DNA from: Sporichthyaceae bacterium
GTDB taxonomy: Bacteria > Actinomycetota > Actinomycetes > Sporichthyales > Sporichthyaceae
Direction: 5' to 3'
Length of the DNA stretch: 64,000 bases
Assembly (NCBI GenBank): GCA_036269075.1
Contig: DATASX010000078.1
Location: forward strand, 15,130 to 79,129
Shown: positions 9,364 to 17,222 of the stretch, in pieces
How the letters are laid out: each line of letters starts with the position of its first letter
How positions within the stretch are numbered: position 1 is the first letter of the stretch
Notes under the pieces: generated by a model
What the model was told of the DNA's origin: nothing
Databases searched by the model: none
The model's input: only the letters and a program-made list of their open reading frames with translations
Translations under genes and position numbers: made by a program

Positions 9364-10029
9364 GTGCCGATCCTGCCCGAGGCCTCTCGCAGCCCGTCCG
9401 TGCGCGTCCAGCGCCGTCAGCAACGCACCCGCGCGCAGCTGACCCGCGCCGCCGCGACGATCATCGCGGAGAAGGGCGTCGAGGGACTGCGGCTGCGCGA
9501 GGTCACCGACGCCGCGGATGTCGGCTTCGGCTCGTTCTACAACTACTTCGAGTCCAAGGAGGGCCTGGTCGAGGCGGTGGTGCTCGACCTGATGTCCGCC
9601 TTGGCCGGCACGCTGATCGCGCACGTCTCGCAGTTCGACGATCCGGCCGAGGCGGCCGGCGCGGCGCACCGCTGGTTCGTGCGCAACGCCACCGAGGACC
9701 CGGAGACGGCGCGGCTGATGGTCAACCTGGACCAGGCCGATGTGCAGTTCCAGGAACGGATCCTGCCGTTCGGGCAGCGGCTGCTGGAATCCGGCGTGGC
9801 GGCGGGCCGGTTCGGCCCGATGCCCTCGGCGGTCACGACGCTGAGCTACGTGGTCGGCGCCACGATCGCGGTCACCCGCGCGGTGCTCGACGGGCGGCTG
9901 GGCCCGCAGGCGGAGTCGGAGACTGCGGAGGTGTTGCTGCGCGCGCTGGGCGTGGACGCCACGCAGGCACGCGAGATCGCGTACCGCGATCTGCCCAGCG
10001 TGACCCTGTCGGGCGGCAGCGACAAGTGA
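9364..10029 (+). CDS. TetR-family transcriptional regulator
   Basis: 221 aa. HTH region RAQLTRAAATIIAEKGVEGLRLREVTDAADVGFGSFYNYFESKEGL. Confidence 0.85.
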   Translation: MPILPEASRSPSVRVQRRQQRTRAQLTRAAATIIAEKGVEGLRLREVTDAADVGFGSFYNYFESKEGLVEAVVLDLMSALAGTLIAHVSQFDDPAEAAGAAHRWFVRNATEDPETARLMVNLDQADVQFQERILPFGQRLLESGVAAGRFGPMPSAVTTLSYVVGATIAVTRAVLDGRLGPQAESETAEVLLRALGVDATQAREIAYRDLPSVTLSGGSDK

Positions 10030-10054
10030 GCCACGGCGTCAGGGAGGGATACCG

Positions 10055-11290
10055 TTGATCATGACTGAGACGGGAACGTTCGTGATCGTCGGTGCCTCAC
10101 TTGCCGGGGCGAAGGCCGCGGAGGCGCTGCGCGCGGAGGGTTTCAGCGGCGAGGTTGTGCTGATCGGCGCGGAGAGCCGTCGCCCGTACGAGCGTCCGCC
10201 GCTGTCGAAGGGTTACCTGCAGGGCACGGAGGACGAGGAGAAGCTCTACGTCCACGAGGCCGGCTGGTACGCCAAGCACGACGTGGACCTGCGGCTGGGC
10301 ACGGCGGTGAGTGCGATCCACCGGGAGGCCCGTCAGGTCGAGCTCGCCGACGGCTCCCGACAGCGCTACGACAAGCTGCTGCTGGCGACGGGTTCGGTGG
10401 TGCGCCGCATCCCGAACACCGACCACGACGGGGTTTTCTACCTGCGGCTGCTCGAGGACGCGGACCGGTTGCGCGAGGCATTCACCCGGCACGGCCGCGT
10501 TGTCGTGGTCGGCGGCGGTTGGATCGGCCTGGAGGGCGCAGCAGCGGCTCGCCACCACGGGTGCGAGGTCACCTTGCTCGAACCGGAGCCGGCCCCGCTC
10601 AACCGGGTCCTCGGGCCGCAGCTCGGTGGGATGTTCGCAGACCTGCACCGCGAGCACGGCGTCGACCTGCGGCTCGGGGTCGGTCTGGCCGAGATCCGGC
10701 CCGGGCCGGTCGTGGTCACCAGCACCGGGGATGTGATCGAGGCCGACGCGGTGCTCGTCGGGGTCGGCATCAGACCGGCGACCGAACTGGCCGAGGCCGC
10801 CGGGCTGGAGGTCGACAACGGCATTCGGGTCACCGCGCAGCTGCAGACCACCCGCGATGCGGACATCTACGCCGCAGGTGACTGCATGAACGCTGATCAT
10901 CCGCTCTACGGCCGGCCGATCCGGGTGGAGCACTGGGCCAACGCCTTGAACGGCGGCCCGGCGGCGGCCCGGTCGATGCTCGGCAACCCCGCACCGTACG
11001 ACCGGGTGCCGTACTTCTACTCCGATCAGTACGACTTGGGGCTGGAGTTCTCCGGCTGGTTCGAACCCGGTGGGTACGCCGAGGTCGTCTATCGGGGCGA
11101 CCGCGCCGCGCGGGAGTTCATCGCGTTCTGGCTGGATGCAGCCGGCCGAGTGCTGGCCGGCATGAACGTCAACGTCTGGGACGTCACCGACCCGATCCAG
11201 CAACTGGTTCGCTCCCGGGCACCGGTCGACCGGCAACGGCTGATCGACCCGGAGATACCGCTCACTGATCTGACGGCGCCTCAGAATTGA
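10055..11290 (+). CDS. FAD-dependent NAD(P)H:ferredoxin reductase (putidaredoxin-reductase-like)
   Basis: 411 aa. Two Rossmann motifs (VIVGASLAGAKAA and VVVGGGWIGLEGAA) and a C-terminal reductase domain. The start may be ATG 10061 rather than TTG 10055. Confidence 0.85.
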   Translation: MIMTETGTFVIVGASLAGAKAAEALRAEGFSGEVVLIGAESRRPYERPPLSKGYLQGTEDEEKLYVHEAGWYAKHDVDLRLGTAVSAIHREARQVELADGSRQRYDKLLLATGSVVRRIPNTDHDGVFYLRLLEDADRLREAFTRHGRVVVVGGGWIGLEGAAAARHHGCEVTLLEPEPAPLNRVLGPQLGGMFADLHREHGVDLRLGVGLAEIRPGPVVVTSTGDVIEADAVLVGVGIRPATELAEAAGLEVDNGIRVTAQLQTTRDADIYAAGDCMNADHPLYGRPIRVEHWANALNGGPAAARSMLGNPAPYDRVPYFYSDQYDLGLEFSGWFEPGGYAEVVYRGDRAAREFIAFWLDAAGRVLAGMNVNVWDVTDPIQQLVRSRAPVDRQRLIDPEIPLTDLTAPQN

Positions 11291-11354
11291 TCATCGGGAG
11301 ACGTGGCGCCGGTGCCTGTCGGGCACAGGTGTGCAAGACCTAAGGAGGTCGACG

Positions 11355-11810
11355 ATGGCAACCACGTCCGAACCGGCGAGCCTCACCGCACTTGAGGCCG
11401 AGCAGACGATCACGGTGAACCTGCCACCAGTCGATCACCACGGCGAGGTGGTTGAGCGCGTCGGCGGGGATTCGATCCGAGTACGGCTGCCGTACCACCC
11501 GGATTTCATGGGCGCGGAGCCGTGGCAGAACGGTGGCGGGCGTGTGTTCTCCGGGCCGACGGTGATGGGCTTCGCGGACACCGCCATGTACTGCTGCGTC
11601 ATGGCTGCGCTGGGGCACGGCGTGATCCCGGTGATGGCCAACCTCAACATCACCTTCCTGCAACCGGCCGCTGCGGCGGACCTGATCGCGGAGGCCAGGA
11701 TCGTGCGGCACGGTCGACGGCTCTACTACCTCGAGTGCTGGCTGACCTCCGCCGGCCAGGATGAGCCCTGCGCACACGTCACCTCGACCTACCGGATCGC
11801 CGCCCGCTGA
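11355..11810 (+). CDS. PaaI/hotdog-fold thioesterase
   Basis: ATG 11355 is preceded by AAGGAGG (11342-11348). The 151-aa protein carries a hotdog pattern (GGRVFSGPTVMGFADTAMY...). Confidence 0.7.
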   Translation: MATTSEPASLTALEAEQTITVNLPPVDHHGEVVERVGGDSIRVRLPYHPDFMGAEPWQNGGGRVFSGPTVMGFADTAMYCCVMAALGHGVIPVMANLNITFLQPAAAADLIAEARIVRHGRRLYYLECWLTSAGQDEPCAHVTSTYRIAAR

Positions 11811-11839
11811 CCCGCGACGGTCCACCCGACCCGCGCCGG

Positions 11840-13012
11840 CTATTGCTGCAGGGCCCAGGCCGCGTTGCGGACTGTGGAACGGAAACCGGGGATCCGTCTC
11901 AGGCGTGGCGTGCGCGACACGTCGTTGGCGAGCATCTGCGCGGCCTGGACCTTGATGCGGGTGACCGTCGGGTCCTCGCTCGGGCGGTGGGCCGCCGCCA
12001 GCGCGACCCAGTCCGCAATGTACGCGCGCTGTACCTCGCGGACGGTACGGCTGCCGAGTTCGTCGTGCAGGTGCACGGTCTCGGTGATCAGGACGGTGAT
12101 CAGGTCGGGGTGGTCGAGCGCGAGATCGACGTAGGCGTCGGTGAGCCGCCGCAGGGCGTCCGTGGAGTCCGTGCCGTGCTCCTGCGCCAGGCGCATCGCT
12201 TCCTGGAGCTGTGCGGTGCAGCGCCGCATGGCCGCGACGAGGACGGCCTGCTTGCTCGGGAAGTAGTGGTAGATGGTGGGCCCGGCGATTCCGGCGGCGC
12301 CGCCGATGTCGTCGGTGGAGACCTCGGCGTACCCACGTTCGGCGAACAGCCGGACGGCGCAGTCCAGGATCTCGTCGGCCCGGGCGACGTCCGATGCCCG
12401 GCGCGGGCGGGCATCGCGCGGATCACCGGCGCCCGGGGGCAGCGCCAGGACGCGGGTGCCCAACTCGGCGAGCAGGTCAAGGTAGGCCGGGCGGGGCAGT
12501 TCGAGTCGGTGGAAGGAGACGCTGGAGACGGCGTCGATCGCGCACAGGCCGAGCAGTTCGACTTGTGCGGTGGACAATTCCGGACGCGCTGCCGACAGTT
12601 CGGCGGTGAGCCAGCCGGTGAGCCGCCTGCGCTTGGCCCGGATCTGGGCCGTTGCGTCGAGACCGAGGTGTCGGGACTCGCGCTGCAACAGGACGCCGAT
12701 GCTCCGGTGGTCCAGAGCTCGGGTCGCCAGTTGACGCGCGATGTCAGGCAGGTCCGCGGCCCCGGCGGCAGGCAGGTCGGCGACCAACGAGTCCAACGCG
12801 GTGCTCAGGATGTCGAACAGCAGGTCGTCCTTGCCCGACCAGTGTCGGTAGAGCGCGGACGGACCGACGTTGACTGCCGCTGCCACCTCGGCCATCGCGA
12901 CGTTGGCGAACCCGTCCCGGGCGAACAGGTCGGCGGCGGCAGCGCGCACCAGTTCGCGGCGGTTGGGTGGACGGGTGCCCGGCGCCGGGGCCGTGGCACG
13001 GGCTGGACTCAC
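11840..13012 (-). CDS. tandem (double) TetR-family regulator, Mce3R-like architecture
   Basis: 390 aa with two TetR HTH units in one chain: LFARDGFANVAMAEVAAAVNVGPSALYRHWSGKDDLL and LFAERGYAEVSTDDIGGAAGIAGPTIYHYFPSKQAVL. Confidence 0.85.
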   Translation of the reverse strand: MSPARATAPAPGTRPPNRRELVRAAAADLFARDGFANVAMAEVAAAVNVGPSALYRHWSGKDDLLFDILSTALDSLVADLPAAGAADLPDIARQLATRALDHRSIGVLLQRESRHLGLDATAQIRAKRRRLTGWLTAELSAARPELSTAQVELLGLCAIDAVSSVSFHRLELPRPAYLDLLAELGTRVLALPPGAGDPRDARPRRASDVARADEILDCAVRLFAERGYAEVSTDDIGGAAGIAGPTIYHYFPSKQAVLVAAMRRCTAQLQEAMRLAQEHGTDSTDALRRLTDAYVDLALDHPDLITVLITETVHLHDELGSRTVREVQRAYIADWVALAAAHRPSEDPTVTRIKVQAAQMLANDVSRTPRLRRIPGFRSTVRNAAWALQQ

Positions 13013-13022
13013 CGGTTCTCCT

Positions 13023-13075
13023 GCTCTAGCGAAGATTCACTTACTCTGCCATGCTAAGTGAATCACGGCTAGAGC
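13023..13075. promoter_or_regulatory. nested inverted repeat, candidate operator of the double-TetR
   Basis: GCTCTAGC (13023-13030) pairs with GCTAGAGC (13068-13075). Inside these, GATTCACTTA (13034-13043) pairs with TAAGTGAATC (13055-13064). The repeat lies in the 76-nt divergent intergenic region. Confidence 0.5.
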
Positions 13076-13088
13076 TGGAGGAGTTCGG

Positions 13089-14270
13089 ATGACGCACCAC
13101 GCACGCATTGCCGGAGTGGGGATGGTTCCGTTCGCGACCCCGAGCCGGGCGCAGAGCTACGACGTCATGGCCGCTGGTGCCCTACGGGCGGCCTTGGCTG
13201 ACGCCGGGGTGTCCTACGACGTGATCCAGCAGGCCTACGTCGGCTACGTGTACGGCGACTCGACTTGCGGGCAGAACGCGCTCTACGGGGTGGGCCTGAC
13301 CGGCATCCCGGTGGTCAACGTCAACAACAACTGCTCCACCGGCTCCTCGGCGTTGTGGCTGGCGCGGCAGGCGGTCGAGTCCGGAGCCGCGGAATGTGTG
13401 CTGGCGTTGGGTTTCGAGCAGATGCAGCGTGGGGCGTTGGGTTCGAACTGGAACGACCGGCCCTCGCCGTTCGAGCGGTTCGACGAGGTGCTCAGCAAGC
13501 TCCAGGGCGAGAGCGACGCCCCGATGGCGCCGCGGTACTTCGGCGGCGCGGGAGCGGAGTACGCGGAGCGGTACGGCATGAACACCGATGTGTTCGCCCG
13601 GATCGCGGTCAAGGCGCGTACGCATGCGGCGAACAACCCGTACTCCGTCTTCCGCGACCCGATCAGCCTCGAGGACGTGCTGGGTTCACCGAAGATCTAC
13701 GACTTCCTGACCCGGCTGCAGTGCTGCCCGCCGACCTGCGGCGCGGCCGCGGCGGTGCTGTGCACCCCGGAGTTCGCGGCCCGGCACGGGCTGCGGGCGG
13801 ACGTGGCTATCGCGGCGCAGGCGATGACCACCGACCGACCGTCCTCCTTCGAGACCGACCTGATGAAGCTGGTCGGATTCGACATGGCACAGGCGGCCGC
13901 GGACAAGGTCTACGAGGCGGCCGGCGTCGACCCGTCGGACATCAAGGTCGTCGAGCTGCACGACTGCTTCACCACCAACGAACTGCTCACCTACGAGGCG
14001 TTGCGGCTGACGCCGGAGGGCACGGCGGAGAAGTTCGTGATGGACGGCGACAACACCTACGGCGGACGCGTCGTCACCAACCCGTCGGGCGGCCTGTTGT
14101 CCAAGGGTCACCCGCTGGGCGCCACCGGACTGGCCCAGTGCGCCGAACTGGTCTGGCAGCTGCGGGGCGAGGCCGGCCCGCGCCAGGTCGACGATGTCAA
14201 CGTCGCACTGCAGCACAACCTGGGCCTTGGCGGGGCCGCGGTCGTCACGCTGTACGAAAAGGTGGCCTGA
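13089..14270 (+). CDS. SCPx-type thiolase / lipid-transfer-protein (Ltp) family
   Basis: 393 aa. Nucleophile region VNVNNNCSTGSSAL. C-terminal NPSGGLLSKGHPLGATG and LQHNLGLGGA are typical of thiolases. Confidence 0.9.
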   Translation: MTHHARIAGVGMVPFATPSRAQSYDVMAAGALRAALADAGVSYDVIQQAYVGYVYGDSTCGQNALYGVGLTGIPVVNVNNNCSTGSSALWLARQAVESGAAECVLALGFEQMQRGALGSNWNDRPSPFERFDEVLSKLQGESDAPMAPRYFGGAGAEYAERYGMNTDVFARIAVKARTHAANNPYSVFRDPISLEDVLGSPKIYDFLTRLQCCPPTCGAAAAVLCTPEFAARHGLRADVAIAAQAMTTDRPSSFETDLMKLVGFDMAQAAADKVYEAAGVDPSDIKVVELHDCFTTNELLTYEALRLTPEGTAEKFVMDGDNTYGGRVVTNPSGGLLSKGHPLGATGLAQCAELVWQLRGEAGPRQVDDVNVALQHNLGLGGAAVVTLYEKVA

Positions 14271-14271
14271 G

Positions 14272-14730
14272 ATGGCGATCAGCCCGGACGCGATCGGCAT
14301 GAGCCTGCCGCCGGTCGGCATGGACATCGAGCGAGGCCGGCTGGCCGCCTTCGCCCGCGCCACCGGTCAACGGGACCCGGTGTATTCCGACGTGGACGCG
14401 GCGAAGAACGCCGGGCACCCGGATGTGCCCGTGCCGCCGACCTTCCTGTTCGCGATCGAGCTCGAGCAGCGCGACCCGTTCGCCTGGGCCGGCCGGATCG
14501 GTATCGACCTCAAGTACGTGTTGCACGGCGAGCAGCGGTTCGACTACCACCGCGTCGCCCACGCCGGTGAGCGGCTGACCGCGACCGCCACGATCACCGA
14601 CGTCTACAGCAAACGCGGCGGCGCCTTGGATTTCGTGGTCAAGAAGACGGCGGTCACCGACGAGGCGGGCGCGGCGGTCGCCGACCTGACCTCGGTCATC
14701 GTGGTCCGCAACCCGGAGGTGGGTTCGTGA
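14272..14730 (+). CDS. MaoC-like/FAS1-type hotdog hydratase subunit (N-type)
   Basis: ATG 14272 lies 1 nt after the thiolase stop. 152 aa. Hotdog pattern LHGEQRFDYHRVAHAGERL. Confidence 0.75.
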   Translation: MAISPDAIGMSLPPVGMDIERGRLAAFARATGQRDPVYSDVDAAKNAGHPDVPVPPTFLFAIELEQRDPFAWAGRIGIDLKYVLHGEQRFDYHRVAHAGERLTATATITDVYSKRGGALDFVVKKTAVTDEAGAAVADLTSVIVVRNPEVGS

Positions 14731-15167
14731 GTGGGTTCGTGAGCGCCCCGGTCGAACTGAAGGTCGGCACCGAACTGCCCGCCCTGAAGATCTCGGCGAT
14801 CTCGCGGACCACCCTGGCGTTGTTCGCCGGAGCGTCCGGGGACACCAACCCGATCCATCTCGATCACGAACTCGCCCGCGCCGCGGGCATGGAAGACGTG
14901 TTCGCCCAGGGGATGCTCTCGATGGCCTACCTGGGCCGGTTCCTCACCGACCTGTTTCCCCCGGACCGGATCCGGTCCTACGCCGTGCGGTTCGCCGCGA
15001 TCACCCCGGTGCACGCCGAGCCGATCTGTACCGCCACCGTCACCTCGATCGCGGAGGTCGACGGCGAACAGCGCGCCACCCTGGCGCTGAACGTCAGCCT
15101 CGCCGACGGCACCACCACCCTGACCGGCGACGCGGTCGTCGCCCTGGCAAACGTAGGAGATTCGTGA
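14727..15167 (+). CDS. MaoC-family (R)-specific enoyl-CoA hydratase subunit
   Basis: GTG 14727 overlaps the previous stop (GTGA). 146 aa. Hydratase-2 motif region FAGASGDTNPIHLDHELARAAG. Confidence 0.85.
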   Translation: MSGFVSAPVELKVGTELPALKISAISRTTLALFAGASGDTNPIHLDHELARAAGMEDVFAQGMLSMAYLGRFLTDLFPPDRIRSYAVRFAAITPVHAEPICTATVTSIAEVDGEQRATLALNVSLADGTTTLTGDAVVALANVGDS

Positions 15168-15997
15168 TGGGCAAGTTGGACGGGCGCGTGGCGCTGGTGA
15201 CCGGATCCGGGCGCGGCATCGGCCGGGAGATCGCACTGAAACTGGCCGGCGACGGGGCGGCGGTCGTGGTCAACGACCTCGACGACGCGCCGGCCAAGGA
15301 GACCGTGGCCGCGATCGAGGCCACGGGCGGCCGGGCGGTCGCCTGCCCCGGGTCGGTGACTGCGGACGGTTTCGCCGAGCGCTTCATCCAAACGGCTGTC
15401 GAGGAGTTCGGCGGGGTCGACATCATCGTCAACAACGCCGGCTACACGTGGGACTCGGTCGTGCAGAAGATGACCGACGAGCAGTGGGACGCGATCCTCG
15501 ACGTGCACCTGAAGGCGCCGTTCAAGATCCTGCGCGCAGCGCAGCCGGTCATCGCGGCTGCGGCGAAGGCCGAGATCGCCGCCGCCGGGGTCGCCCGGTG
15601 CCGCAAGGTCGTGAACATCTCCTCGATCGCCGGGCTCGGCGGCAACCCGGGCCAGGCCAACTACGCCGCGGCGAAGGCCGGGGTGACCGGGCTGACCCGC
15701 ACGCTGTCCAAGGAGTGGGGCCGCTACAACGTCACCATCAACACGGTCGCCTTCGGCTGGATCAAGACCCGCCTGACCGAGGCCTCGGCCGGCGGCAACG
15801 CGACGATCGACGTCGAGGGAAAGACCATCGCCGTCGGCGTGAACCCGCAACTGCAGGCCGCGATGGAGCAGATGATCCCGCTGGGCCGCGGCGGCGAACC
15901 CCACGAGGCCGCCGGCGCGGTCTACCTGTTCTGCATCCCGGAGTCGGACTACATCTCCGGCGAGACCGTGACCTGCGGCGGTGGGATCCGGATCTAG
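15164..15997 (+). CDS. SDR-family oxidoreductase (3-hydroxyacyl-CoA / 3-oxoacyl reductase-like)
   Basis: 277 aa. TGSGRGIGREIA cofactor motif, NNAG, YAAAK catalytic motif. RBS AGGAGA upstream. The start overlaps the previous stop. Confidence 0.9.
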   Translation: MMGKLDGRVALVTGSGRGIGREIALKLAGDGAAVVVNDLDDAPAKETVAAIEATGGRAVACPGSVTADGFAERFIQTAVEEFGGVDIIVNNAGYTWDSVVQKMTDEQWDAILDVHLKAPFKILRAAQPVIAAAAKAEIAAAGVARCRKVVNISSIAGLGGNPGQANYAAAKAGVTGLTRTLSKEWGRYNVTINTVAFGWIKTRLTEASAGGNATIDVEGKTIAVGVNPQLQAAMEQMIPLGRGGEPHEAAGAVYLFCIPESDYISGETVTCGGGIRI

Positions 15998-16163
15998 CGC
16001 ACGTCCCCCAATCCCGATACGCGGTGCGGCTGCGACGGCTGGTGAGCACACTCGATACGGGTGCGACGGGAAAGCCGGCGCGACCCGCAACGCCGGTTGC
16101 GGTGGTGTTCAGGAGCCGACGGGATCGGGGTCCGGAATGCGTTGAAGCGCTGCTGGGTGATTC

Positions 16164-17171
16164 TCAGCGCCCGGCGCGGTAATCCCCGTACGGGGTGTCC
16201 CGCTCCGCGACCGCGGTCCGGAACCCTTCCGCGGCGGCGCGTTGTTGGAATCCGTAGCCCTCGCGGGTGTGCCGGGAGATGCCGTCCAGGACGGTGCTGA
16301 TCATCGTGGAGTTGGCCACGCCTGCGGCGTGCAGAGCGGAGTTCAGCGCCAGTTTCACCATCATCAACTGGTTGATCGGCGTCGCGGCGACGCGCTCGAG
16401 CAGCGCCTCGGTGCATTCGTCGAGTTTCTCGGCCGGCGGTGCCTCGACGGCCAGACCCCACTCGGCGGCGTCCTTGCCGGTGAACGCGTCGCCGGTGAAC
16501 AGCAGTCGCTTGGCCCGCTGATCACCGACCCGGTGCGCCCACATGCCGCCGGCCGGGATGCCCCAGACGCGGGTTGGCGGGTAACCCATCGTGGTGTCCG
16601 CGGCGGCGATGATCAGGTCGGCGAACAGCGCGATGTCGGTGCCGCCGGCGACGGCGAAGCCGTGCAGCTTGGCCACGGTGGGTTTGTTCGCGTGCAGCAG
16701 ACTGGCGAACCCGCGGTTGAAGCGGCTCATCATGGCGTAGTCCAGCATCGGGTCCCAGGTGCGCCCCGAGTCGTGATTACGGCCTTGCACGACCGGATCG
16801 AGGACGCTGCCCGGGTGCGGGCTCGACGCCTCGGCGCTCGCCCCGAAGCCGTCCTCGCCGAACAGCGCCAGGTCGTAGCCGCCGCAGAAACCCTTGCCGC
16901 GTCCGGCGAGGACGATCACGTGCACCCGCGGGTCCAGGTCGGCCCGTTCGACGGCGTCGGCGAGATCCAGCGGGGTGTCCCAGGTGATCGCGTTGCCGCG
17001 CTCGGGGCGGTTGAACGTGATCCGGGCGATCCGGCCGGTGACCTCGTAGGTGAGGGTGGGGTAGCTGCGTCCGGCGGCCGGTGGGGTGGTGCCGGCGAAC
17101 ACGGAGTCGGCGGCCTCGGTCCAGTTCTGCCGCCAGGCCGCCGCCGGAACCTCGGTCTCGTCGGTGCTCAT
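16164..17171 (-). CDS. enoyl-CoA hydratase (crotonase family, long form)
   Basis: 335 aa. ARITFNRPERGNAI ... VIVLAGRGKGFCGGYDL ... AKLHGFAVAGGTDIAL. Confidence 0.85.
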   Translation of the reverse strand: MSTDETEVPAAAWRQNWTEAADSVFAGTTPPAAGRSYPTLTYEVTGRIARITFNRPERGNAITWDTPLDLADAVERADLDPRVHVIVLAGRGKGFCGGYDLALFGEDGFGASAEASSPHPGSVLDPVVQGRNHDSGRTWDPMLDYAMMSRFNRGFASLLHANKPTVAKLHGFAVAGGTDIALFADLIIAAADTTMGYPPTRVWGIPAGGMWAHRVGDQRAKRLLFTGDAFTGKDAAEWGLAVEAPPAEKLDECTEALLERVAATPINQLMMVKLALNSALHAAGVANSTMISTVLDGISRHTREGYGFQQRAAAEGFRTAVAERDTPYGDYRAGR

Positions 17172-17222
17172 GCCTGGCCGCCGTTCTGCCGCGGTGCCGG
17201 ATTCCGTTCTGCGGCAGCGTAC

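Noticed and set aside
16000-16163. Short direct repeat (CGATACGCGGTGCGGCTGCGACGG / CGATACGGGTGCGACGG) and small hairpin (CGCAACGCCGGTTGCG) between convergent genes
   Set aside because: Imperfect and short. It is most simply explained as terminator-like structure in a convergent intergenic region, and the evidence is not strong enough to call a feature.
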